Below, in pieces: positions 38,301 to 49,294 of a DNA stretch of 49,294 nucleotides; within the stretch, counting starts at the first letter, position 1, and the number at the start of each line of letters is the position of its first letter. The notes below the pieces were generated by a model that did no database searches, was not told where the DNA came from, and worked only from the letters and a program-made list of their open reading frames with translations. Source of the stretch: Girardia tigrina. Lineage: Eukaryota. The translations under genes were made by a program, and so were the position numbers. The stretch is taken from positions 64,625 to 113,918 of the forward strand of contig MQRK01218860.1 of the NCBI GenBank assembly GCA_001938485.1. The letters are read 5' to 3'.

Positions 38301-39021
38301 TTTATCTTTAAACTATAAAAATGATGTATATTGATGAACCTCACTGTCTTGTTTTTAGAGAATTAATATAATATCTTAGATTCACCCCAATTAAGAAAGT
38401 AAATGAAGGATGTAATTTGAGGGTCTCTGATCAATCTAAGGCTTTCAATTTTTTCGATTTAAATAAATTAAATAAGACATTTAATACTACTGGTTTACTA
38501 AATTTCTCGTGTTTGTTATAATAATAATATTTTAACAATAAAGAATAAATAAATAACTTCAATTCAATATGGTTCTATAGATCCATTTGGATTTGTGATT
38601 TTAAAACGGCTTACATTTTATTTTCACAAGTAGATTTCGTGTGTTACGTATTCCTAAAGGTACTAAAATTATATGGATCATTAATGGATGTTGAATAAAT
38701 GATGTTTAGATATCCATTTATTCAAGTGCATTCTCATTATTTTATTAAAAACTTCCAAATAATCAGTTCAATTCAATTTATTTACGACTCAAAAAATTAC
38801 GAAACTCAAACATTTAGATGCATCATATGTGTTATTAAAAAATATTTTGATTAGTACTAATTAAGTTAAAGAGCAAACAGTAGAGTGAACAAAAGAACAT
38901 ATTAACATGAAAGCCATGAAAGATCTCGTTCATACTTACAAGATTCTCTACCAAGAAATAATGTGAAGGTATTATATTTGAATGAATCTCGTTCTTCAAC
39001 CTTAATGAAACTGGAACAATC

Positions 39022-40430
39022 CAGGGCCATTTTTAAGAAATTTTCACTGGGGGGTACAAGTAATCTGGAATGGTCAAGTGCCGAAATATGGTAACTTCTT
39101 TTATCTCGAATGAAAATAGTTATTTTTTTGTTTTTTATAATGTTTTTTTCCTTTTCTTAATAGTTCTTTATCAAGTGTTCTCAGAAAGGAAAGAAAAAAA
39201 CATAAGTTATCCGTGCCATAACATTTTACGAACAGTCCAACACGAGTTATATAACACAACACTTCAACACATGTTACTTTTTAAAAAAAGAATTGGCAAC
39301 AAAGTATTTTTCTGAAGAAACATCCGAGTTTGGGTTTCTTTCTCGTCTTTCTTTCACTCACAAAAATTCTGCCATAGTACTGCGATGATCAAACTGACAG
39401 GTCCACTTTCAATTAATTTGCGAGCATCATGTGAGAGTTGGCTGTCTCAACTGAGGTTCTCATGCGATGGGCTGAAACGTTCAAGTTGTATAAAGAAACA
39501 AGCCTCTCAAGAAGCATGCTGTGTGTAGCGAGTATTATAGAAGACTATATTACTTCCAAAAATATGTCGCTGCAGCGCAGAAGGAAAATTTTCCACTTCA
39601 ATTAGGATAAAGCATTTATTGGCCATTGCTCAGCACAGTCATCTAGTAAATGCTGGATTTCTTATGAAAACAAACGTCGTGTTATTTTCAATCATGCCTT
39701 AATAAATGCTTCGAATTCTGATGTTTTCAAAAGTTTTAATATGTTTTTGACAACTTCTACTGAGTCTCTGTTTCCTAGGGCTGTAGTTTCTATTCCTCTC
39801 TACCAGGAAAGGAAGCCCTAGATAAAAGGTCTCATTGACGAAGTTCTTAATCTTTATTGCTTATTATCTCTTGTAGAATAACGTCGTCACGCTGTAGCTA
39901 CCTTTGCAAATCACGAAATATTTTCAAGACATTAACTATAAGACCGTTAAGCAAAACTTGATACTATTCATACGCCCATGTCTTCAAATATCCCTGCGCT
40001 TTTGCTCTCTCTGTTTTCGATTCCCATTTCAGTTCTGAAAACTTAGAAACTTCCTTGCAACTGTAAAGGTTATAAAGATTAACCGTAAAAAGGTTGAATA
40101 TGTGGTCCGCAAATTCAACTTCGTAATGAGCAGGTAAATTTTTTACCGTTGGTTGAAATTGAGGCAGGAGTTTTGTTGTTTTTTCAGACGTTTTGAAGAA
40201 GATAGCTAGAAACTTAGCATTTTTGATCCAGATACGCAGCTCCTTCAATGCTTTTAAAAGCTAGGTCACTTCTGTGAACAGCACACCAGAACTTCAATAG
40301 ATCACAATGCATCCAGTTCTTCATCAGCTTCAAGAGCCCCCTTGTTGATCCTATATTAGCGCTTTCGTTATCTGATGTAACACCAATCACCTTAGAATTT
40401 TGTGCAACCGTGATCTTAAGTGCATCCTAT
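39022..40430 (-). mobile_element. Decayed hAT-like transposon
   Basis: CAGGGCC terminus at 39022. Minus-strand pieces LPAHYEVEFADH.. and THSMLLERLVSLYNL..HRMRTSVETANS..M resemble the hAT catalytic/dimerisation C-terminus. Confidence 0.55.
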
Positions 40431-41989
40431 CCAGGGGCTCCCAACTGTTGAGGTTCGTTGAAGGCTTTGCACACATTTTTTACTTCACGATCTTTTTTTT
40501 CTATTCTAGCAGAGACTTACTTTAAAGGTTTGAATAATTTTAAAATTTGTTTAATTATTTTTTTGTAATTTTATGAAATATTTTTAAGTTAAAATAATAA
40601 TAAATGTTATTGAAAAGTTTCTAAATTTGTTCAAATAATCATTATTCAAATTCAGAAATAACTCTAATTAAATGGTGAAAGAACTTCTGGAAAGTGTCGT
40701 TCCTCAAAATGTGATAATAATGTTTGCATAGTAATTGTGTCGGTGCTCTTAACATTGATATTTTGAGTTAAAGTTATAAGGCGTCTAAATTTATATTTTG
40801 ATTACATTGTTTTAAGAAACATATATCCTTTTTATACAAGTTTATACAAAATATTTTATCAGATTTTTTTTGGCATTGTGTCAGGTTAACTTGGTTAATG
40901 AACCCAATATTTTATTTCATTCATACTTCTGATATCAAATAAACAAAATTTCGTTCGAAAATAAAATATTTCAACAGTCAAACAATTATATATAATCGAC
41001 AGTATCTCTGATCCCCAATCAAGATATGTCAATATAGCAAATACTCCAACGAGATTAAACATTAATACCTCAACCATGATTTTGATTATCCTAATGTCAC
41101 TTTCCATTAGCCATTCCACCCACCATGTACCGAATGAGTCTTCTCCTAACGATCCGATTAAATCATTAGGAGAATTTATTAAATTAGATGCAATTTACGT
41201 TAGAATTTCCCCAGTATTTACCATTATTTAAAATTAAAAATTTCCTGTATTGACCATCAATAAAGAACAATGATATTCAGTTTTAATTTTAGCAAAAAAA
41301 GAAGTAAAATTAAATCGACAATAACTTTCTGGGAGACGGGAACTGTTTTATTTTATCAGGAAGTTCAATTCTCTTTTCGTATTATACTCCTAATGAACTG
41401 AATGCCGTTCGACAAACATTTGTTCCATTTTAATCGGTCAAAACGACTTCGATTTGGCTTTTTTTCAAATTATAATTAATTAAATCAAGGTAAAAAAGAT
41501 GGAAAATGATATACTAATTCCTTTATATTTTAATTCCAAGTATTATGTCCTATTTGAGAGTTTTGGAATTTTAAATTTTAACATTTTACTTAAGAAATCT
41601 TCGAGAATAATTATATTTAAATTTTTCATTTTTTTCATTTTTCTAAAACCATATGAGCGTTTTGGGTAAACATAATGTTAAATCCCATTAAGTTCCCATG
41701 TTCCAATCTGGAAACATTTTTATTATGAATAAAAACTTATCAAGATGTTATCGGATTTTTTTATCTCTATTTTGGACATTGCAGAAGAGTTAAATTTCCA
41801 AATTACATCAATGAATTATAAAAAAATGGTACTTAATATGTCAAAACAAATGATCTATGAAAATTGCCAGTCTCAAGTATTTAAAAGCATAATTTCCATA
41901 GATGTTGATTTAATAACTATAGATGCCAAGTATTGAAGAATATGGCGAATCAAGCACCAAGTGGCACATATTAACCTGATTTGTCCCGG

Positions 41990-42555
41990 ATATTACCATA
42001 ACCGACGCAATGGTCGGTTCATTCGATCGCTCCGTGATAAACATTTGGAACGACAATTGGATGTTCTGACAATGGAACTTGGCGTTCTTGACGCACTGGT
42101 CGTGGCACACGATCTGGCAGTTGATGCACGAATTGACTGAGCCCATCGCGATCAGCGCTTGATTGCACGATTCGCAAAACTTCAATTTATTATCGGTGAC
42201 GCGATTGACAAAGTGATGTCCATCGGGTCGAAATTTGTGGATGCTCTGCAGCTTAATGGTTGTTGGAAACGAGCAATTGTGTCATTACGTTGAATTCGAT
42301 GCGATAATTGAAGAAAGTTGGCGAAGTGTAGTTGGATTTGTGCCGCGAGCGGCGCTCATTCTCACGGGACGCCGACGAAAAACATTTTTCGTGGTAGGTC
42401 GAAGTTGAGCGATGAATCGAAATACTTCGGATGGATTTTTGAGAAAATGTTTGTGATTTTCGATTTGATTTTGTTGAACTTTTTACCGTTGACTTCTGAG
42501 TTGATGGGATTCGTTTTGGTTTTAGATTTCGAGCGTTCCTTTTTCTCCATTGAAT
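41990..42555 (-). pseudogene. Nested gene fragment encoding a C1 (DAG/phorbol-ester-type) zinc finger; pseudogene or unrecognised nested gene
   Basis: HHFVNRVTDNKLKFCESCNQALIAMGSVNSCINCQIVCHDQCVKNAKFHC has the full H-C-C-C-C-H-C-C pattern in a GC/CpG-richer island. The upstream frame is interrupted. Confidence 0.7.
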
Positions 42556-44223
42556 TTATAATCAAAAATTGAGAAAAATTAATGACAAAATAAATGCTTT
42601 ATTTGAAAACAAATTAAATTTTGCATGATAACGATTGTAATTTTAAACAAAATTATTTTTTTCCGTTCTCTTGTCTTTCGGTTCACTCTCAAATTCAATT
42701 TAATAAAAACTTTTAGCGATTAAAAAATTTTGTAATTGTTAAAAAAAATTATTTTTTTAATAAGGAAAAGAAATTTTAATATGAAATAGGAAAGTTTTCT
42801 AAATTTAATAAAGTGAAATGTTAATATTAATAGTTTTGATTAAATTGAATTTTATAAATCTGTTAAATGAGAATTTCGATATTGTGAGGGATAATTTGGA
42901 ATGTTGTAAGTTTGTTGTTTGTATGCTGTTTAGATTTGTGACTCTCCTACTCAGATGGGATGGATATGTTATTGATTTATTATTTGAATCTAATGATATT
43001 AATTTTAAATACTAATTAATTAAAGTTTTATAATTATAAATTTTAATAATATTTTTATTAAACGATTTTTAACTTATTAAATTTAATATATATTAAAAAT
43101 TAATGTTAATTTTAAAAATTACGTAATGCATTTTCATACAATAAAATTTAAGAAATTAAAAATTAATATTAAAATCTTTCCCATTCATTGTTTTTATAGA
43201 TTTAAATGCTTAAACAAAAACTATATCAATCAAAGAAAGATGCTCTCTGAAAATTGTTGTGAAGAATCTGTTTGTGTTGTCAATAAATGTTTACACCAAC
43301 ATTCAAATTGTGATGTTGTTAATAGATGTGATGAAAATTCTTTTGTTAGAGTGAGAAGGTGTAGGGAAAAAAGGAAGTAAAATAAATGGTCACTACAATA
43401 ACATTTCGGAGATAAAGTGAACATCCCTTTCTATGGAATCGTCCATTTGATATGACGTTCTGATTTAAAGTAACGTTTTATAATCTAAAAAGGTTTTTGA
43501 CTTTTCGAATCTCTGATAATAATCCAGTTATAATTTTATAAGCTTAAGGTGAAATTACGATTTTTGCTTCATACAAAACAATTGTATTCAATGTTAATGC
43601 TTTGTCACGAGGCTTGTTTTATCTTGATGATAACATTGAAAACAGATAACCTACTGGTTTTATTTCTTACATAATCAGAAATTTACTTCACATACCATCA
43701 TTCTTCAAGTCAAAAAATTATCCTGAAAAATACAATTTTATGGAAGATGTTATAACATTAACAAGTTAGAAGATCATAAGTTTGCTAGTCCGATCAGATA
43801 AAGAATGAGAAGTATTGTCAGCTAAGAATACGATATTGGCTGGATTTCAGGATAATTTGTAAATGTCTCCATAGATTTAGTTTTGATAGAAATTTCAGGA
43901 TATTTCTATTCGAATTTATGAAGATAACATCTGAACTTTGTAGTTCATAAACCTGTGTATTCTTTACCTGAAACTGACATCATTGTTGTACAGAAAAAAA
44001 GAAACAAAGGTACCTTCCTTTCGAAAGACCTCTAATTTGGGTTGGAAGAAGGAGTTTTACGAAATCTTCATCTACTTCCACATAACAAAATCAATATATT
44101 TAGCATGGTCTTTGCCAACATTAGTAACTTATATGACAACCTACGGTGCATATGTAGACTAATACTAAACTCCATAGCTGTTATTTCTTATCTTAGGTAA
44201 CGAATTGAAAAGGTGTTTATTTA

Positions 44224-45505
44224 TTGGGTTGGCAAAAAAGTCATTGCATTTTTTAGTACGTCTTAATAAAAAGCTTGAAAATATAAAACGATGTGATAAA
44301 ATTTAAATGCAATTATATATTCTAAAATCTTAATTTTCAGACTATATTTATACAAAATATTAATTGATTTTGTTTTAATTTATTACTTTACCGTCAATTC
44401 GAAATGGAAAATCAAAATGAGCATATTCGTCATGTTTTGTTGCATTATTTTCGCAAAGGGAAAACCGCTGTGCAAGCTCATAAGAAGATATGTTTTGTAT
44501 ATGGTAGCGACTCCTTAAAACTTCGACAGTATCAATTCTGGTTTTCTAAATTTCGTTCTGAAAAATTTCATCTGAAAGATGCACCACGCTCCGGTCGACC
44601 AGTTGAAGTTGATGGCGACAAAATAACAGCACTGATCAAATCTATTCCACATATGACGACAAGAGAAGTTGCACAGACTCTGGAAATATCAAAATCAAGT
44701 GTTGGAAGTCATTTAAAGAAACTTGGATTCGTCAGTAAACTCGATATGTGGTTACCAGATGAACTGAAAGAAATTCACTTGGTGAAATGTATAGACATTT
44801 GCGATTTCCTTTTGAAGCGAGAACAAAGTGATCCATTTTTAAGCGCTTGATTACGCATGACGAAAGATGGATTGTTTACAACAATGTGGAACGCCGACGA
44901 TCATGGACAAAATGTGGTGAGCCTGCTAAAACGATCCCAAAAGCAGAAATTCACCAAAAGAAAGTTATGCTTTCCGTCTGGTGGGATTTTAAAGCAATTG
45001 TGTTTTTTGAACTTATTGCGAGAAATGAAGCCATCAATTCAGACAGATATTTTGGTCAGCTGGAGAAATTGGCTCATTCAATTCAACAGGAACGTCCTGA
45101 ATTGGCAAATCGAAAAGGAGTTGTAATTCAGCATGATAACGCAAGACCGCATACAAGTTTGACCACTCGCCAGAAACTCTTTTCACTGGGTTGGGAGGTT
45201 TTGCCGCACCCACCGTATTCTCCAGACTTGGCCCGATCGGATTTTCACTTATTTAGATCACTGCAGAATTCCTGAAACAGAAAAACATTCGCCAGTGATG
45301 ATGACATCAAATCGTTCCTAGACGGCTTTTTTGCTGACAAAGGCAAAGGTTTTTATGAATCAGAAATAATGAAGCTACCGAAAAGGTGGAAGAAAGTGAT
45401 TGAAAATAATGGACAGTATATCGTGTAAAAATATTTGTGCATCCATGTCATTTTTTGATAATAAATATTTTAGTAAAAAGCGCAATGACTTTTTGTCCAA
45501 CCCAA
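44224..45505 (+). mobile_element. Full-length mariner (mellifera-subfamily-like, DD34D; 1282 bp), inactivated
   Basis: TIRs ttgggttggcaaaaaagtcattgc / gcaatgactttttgtccaacccaa with TA flanks. ORF MENQNEHIRHVLLHYFRKGK.., HDERW, QHDNARPH-34-D (YSPDLARSD). Frameshift at about 44845 and stop at 45273-45275. Confidence 0.95.
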
Positions 45506-45725
45506 TAAAATATTTTGTTTTCGCAAGTTTTTTAGTTTTTTCGAAACATCTTTTTGTAACAATGTTTTATCTTGTCCATTTTTTAAAGATTTTTACAAAA
45601 AATGATAATTATAAAAATTTTATAAATATAACATTTTATAAAAAGTGTATTTAACACGTATGAAAAAATTATAATAAATATTTTATAACAATCAATAAAT
45701 ATTAATTATTATATAAATAAAAAAC

Positions 45726-45909
45726 CTTCTCTTAGTTTTTGAAGTTGTATCTATGGACCTTGCTAAAATAACTGTCAATATTCCTTTTCCAGAACTGTAG
45801 AATCGTTTCTGTAGGAGGTCATAGGTTCCGTTACCACAAACCCCTAAGACTCCGTCATCCGCCATTCCTCCGAGATTATATAAATTAAAATCATCCGAAT
45901 GTGAGGCTC
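45726..45909 (-). CDS. spon1-like: Spondin-like exon: N-terminal half of Spondin_N domain
   Basis: (G)ASHSDDFNLYNLGGMADDGVLGVCGNGTYDLLQKRFYSSGKGILTVILAR resembles F-spondin GxSHS...GGYASEGVKQVAE.G...VLTVIKA. The phase-2 end joins the 27255 exon in frame. Confidence 0.85.
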
Positions 45910-46559
45910 CTATTCAATTATTTATTTTAATTATCGGCAAATATTTTTTAAGCCAATGAATATATAAACTATGTAAACATAAATAATATAAAATATATAC
46001 TTAGTTTTTCTGACACAACCTTTGAAGAAAGAAGGCTTTATAAAGTTCACTGATTAAATACTGATGGTACATTCTATTTCAACCTAAACTCAAGTAAACA
46101 TTTATCGTAAAAGTATGTTTAACTTTGCATTTTATGTACTTGATTAATTTGTATGTCGTCTTTTTAAAGGAATAAAATGAATAAAGTTAAATACAAATTT
46201 ATTCAATCTATAAACATTAATTTAAAGCATAATTGATTTTAAATAATTATATATTTAGTAATACTTCGCCGTTGTAAAATTTGCGAAGTATTTTTTTAAT
46301 AAAAAATCACTTATGAAATAAAAATTTTAATATTATATATTATTAATATTATTTATATTAATTAAATAGAAAATGCTCCTTATGTTACAAAATAATAATT
46401 ACATTTGAGATTACTTTTTCCGATTATCACTGATTTTAGTGAACATTAAGTTTTATTCATTTTCCTGGAGTGATAACAATTTTGTATTGCCTGGATCAAC
46501 TAAAATTGCAATGGTTACAGGTCAGTTTTTTCTTGTAAGTTTAAGTCGTACCAGCACTA

Positions 46560-46854
46560 CCGTCTTACCTCGAAAAAACACCTAGGCGTTGTATTCGTGA
46601 TAAACGAAAAAATCATTATTTGTAAAAAATGAAAAAAAGTTTTCTCACATTTTTGAACCAAATTTTAAATTGATGAAATATGTTATTATTAAAATTAATT
46701 GTAAAAAAGTTGTTTTTTATGATTTACTCTACAAAAATTTTATTTGATATTTGAATTTCTCTCAGAAATTACGCACTGAGCGCTTTATTCGAATTGTGCG
46801 CCCAGTATGTGTACTATTCGTACAACGCCTATGCGTTTTTTCGAGGTAAGACAG
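46560..46854. mobile_element. TA-flanked MITE (295 bp, pogo/Tc1-like ends)
   Basis: About 34-bp TIRs c(c/t)gtcttacctcgaaaaaac..taggcgttgta, with TA on both sides. Confidence 0.85.
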
Positions 46855-46929
46855 TAGAGTACAAAAAGTTTTCTCAAACTTTTTTAGTCCTAGCACCCAT
46901 TTTCAAGATATTAACTGACCCCGACGCTA

Positions 46930-47180
46930 TTTGTTTTGTCTGCTAAATTCTATTATAAGACTGTTAACAATCATTGTTGTTTTGTGAAGCTGCATCAATA
47001 ATGGCACCGTCATAGAATAGTTCGCAATAGACATATTAAACACATTGAGGGCTGAGTTGGTTACTATTCAAATTATCCAATCAGATAAACTGGCTGGTAG
47101 CAAAGAAGTTATTTTAATTGTAAACAATTTTCACCTTTCTGCGGAACCCCTACAGTTCACAGTTTTAGAAACACTATAGT
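46930..47180 (+). mobile_element. Possible hAT (Charlie-like) 3' end relic
   Basis: Degenerate CEAAS..RNR..DKL C-terminus and a gcggaacccc...cagttttagaaacact terminal motif. Confidence 0.4.
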
Positions 47181-48375
47181 ACTAATCGAAAATGGTTACA
47201 TAAAATTTTAGTTTCACCTTTCAATTATCTAAGGATGAAAGAAGTACGATATTTCAACTTTTTCTTCGGAATAAGTTCAGTAAAACTCCTAAACAGAATC
47301 ATGAAGTCTGAAAGGAAATTTAAGATAAGTACAACGTGTTAAGGGTTTCGATTTCAAAACTCCGGCGAAATGCTTCTGATTAACTTTGAAAAATTGAAAA
47401 TAGAAAAACTATTAATTGAAAAATATTTAGAACATTCATCTAAATAGGAAATAGAAAAATCATTTTGAACAAAAATTTATGATAACATTTAACATATTAT
47501 TTCAGAATAGAGGAATTTTTAAAATAAATTATTTTAATACCTCAAAGTATATTTAACAAATAGGAGTACAAATTAAATTATTAATTAGAATTTTTACTAA
47601 TTTGATGAATTGGAATTATTTGTTAGATATTATTTTATATATTAATGGTATCATATAGCCCACTAATTAACCGTCTGAAATCAACCGGGGTTTTTTCTCT
47701 GCAATTATGTTATTCATAACGGTCGCATATAATTTAAAGTATGTTTTAAGTATGGCAACATGATTTAATAATGATTTATTCTTTGCAAGTTCAAGAACAC
47801 TACATATATTTTGAGGATATTTAGGCACGTTCTTTCTATTTTCGAAACTGTTTTCACTTTACATGTATACACATCATGCCAGGTTAATAGGTTATAGGGG
47901 TTTGAACTATTACCCAAATACATATTATTATGATATAATACGTACAACGTTTTATTGGTTGAATTATTTAGTTTATAAGTATGAACTTAAAATAAAATCC
48001 CTTGTTTCGAAACGATTATAATACTATAAGCAATATACAGTCAACATGTCAAATATGAAACGAATATTTGCATTTTCATTGTTAATTACAATAGATTAAA
48101 GGTCTTAATTATTCCAAAATGTCTTTATCAAGTGAAGAAAATGTTTCAAACATTATAAATAAAATAATTCAGTCTTTTTTACAATTAGCTCATTTCTGAA
48201 AGACCAGCAGTCGGCAATTGTCGATCTTCAGTCAATCTGCGGTGTTGCTTCTTGAAAATTATCGTTCGCACAATTATTTATTTTGGAATCAAAAAATTTA
48301 ATCTAACGGTACTTTTTATTTTCACTAAATCAGAATTTTAATCAAAATTTTTTTTACTTTGCTCTGTAGACTTAA

Positions 48376-48614
48376 CCCTTAAATGAATGATTTTTCTAAT
48401 ACTTAAAAAATATATTTTCGGTATCTTCGATATATCAACGCTAAGTTTACATCTGACAGTCTCGAAAAAACTAATGTGTTGCCACTCGAAAAAGTATATC
48501 GTGTAGACAGGGCTGATTTTACAACGACATGCAGTGAGCGAATATAAACGATTTTAAGGTCGTATGAATTATAAGGTCGTATATTGTAGTATTACAACGA
48601 TTTGCATTTCAGGG
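48376..48614. mobile_element. piggyBac-like MITE (239 bp)
   Basis: TTAA|CCCTTAAATG ... CATTTCAGGG|TTAA, with internal repeated tacaacga and aaggtcgtat motifs. Confidence 0.65.
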
Positions 48615-49247
48615 TTAACAAATTAGCGATGACATCTAGCACATAATTAGGAACAAAAAGAATTTCGATTATTGTAATAAATCTGAAATATAAATATGAA
48701 TACACTGTAAGCTAAAGTTGTACCTTTATTAAAAAGATTTTTTTGAGAAATAAGAAAAATTCGATCGTAAAAACTTCAAAATTTAATCTATGAAAAGGAT
48801 GTTATGAAAACGCTTATCGCCCTCCAATTTCGAGGAAATACCTGACAACCTTGGACAAGCCGCAATCACACTGAACGTTTTACCACTTGTAAAATCAAAT
48901 ATTTAATTAAATAAAGAAAATAATAAATATTTTTTGATTAAGAAAAAACACCTGAAAGAAATATAAAATATAGTTTTAAAATTTCCAAAAAAAATATTTT
49001 AATTTAATAAATGGATATTATAATGAATTATTTTAATTTTTAAAGAGGAAATAAATATTAACAACCAAGCATATTAAATTAATTAAATATTTGTAGATAA
49101 AAGTTGAAATAGGAATAATTAAAACTAAAAATTTTAGATATATTTATTTAATTAGTATATATATATATATAAATTAAGTTTCTTTAAATCAAATGACAAT
49201 TTAGTTATTAAACAAAAATAACACCATTTTAATTTTAAATTTTTATT

Positions 49248-49287
49248 CGAAAACATGTTTCGCCACTTTTGTGGCATCTTCAGTTCT
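49248..49287 (-). ncRNA. Minimal type I hammerhead ribozyme (second family)
   Basis: Minus strand gaa-CTGAAGA-T-GCCAC-aaaa-GTGGC-GAAA-C-AT-GTT-ttc: intact core, perfect stem II, palindromic ACATGT stem III, 3-bp stem I. Confidence 0.8.
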
Positions 49288-49294
49288 GTATTTA

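Larger units (their letters stand above)
3907..45909 (-). other. spon1-like: F-spondin/spondin-1-like gene, partial model join(45909-45726,27255-26928,26881-26633,24270-23978,14548-14225,4300-3907), about 590 codons in window
   Basis: Six exons with GT-AG boundaries. Phases match at every junction (2,0,0,2,2) and rebuild split Spondin_N, TSR and Kunitz domains. The N-terminal part (signal peptide, possible reeler domain, start of Spondin_N) was not found in the window. Confidence 0.9.

Noticed and set aside
43126-43424. Cys-rich short ORFs on both strands
   Set aside because: No domain pattern or splice support.
45960-49240. Search for upstream spondin exons (reeler, start of Spondin_N)
   Set aside because: No matching frame found; they probably lie beyond the window.

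Overview
Very AT-rich metazoan genomic DNA. The 46-nt intron, mariner load and composition suggest a flatworm such as a planarian, but that is inference only. The window holds the terminal exon of IFT88 (+, 483-724). Converging on it is a 42-kb, six-exon partial F-spondin-like gene (-; exons 45909-45726, 27255-26928, 26881-26633, 24270-23978, 14548-14225, 4300-3907) whose splice phases all join in frame: Spondin_N, TSR, TSR, Kunitz, Kunitz, TSR, TSR. Its 5' exons were not found and probably lie beyond the window. The large introns and the intergenic gap are packed with TEs: three full-length but inactivated Tc1/mariners (D35D, D41D and D34D types), further mariner/Tc1/Tigger/hAT relics, MITEs (MULE-, pogo- and piggyBac-like), a non-autonomous Helitron, Gypsy fragments and Penelope-like elements. 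The main finding is a 5'-truncated Penelope-like element with an inverted pLTR forming a ~260-bp inverted repeat, with a minimal hammerhead ribozyme in each arm. The copy antisense to the host gene is intact; the copy on the host pre-mRNA strand has lost G12 and G10.1. A second, different hammerhead lies at the window end. Intronic fragments of cellular genes are also present (PRMT1-like; C1 zinc finger).
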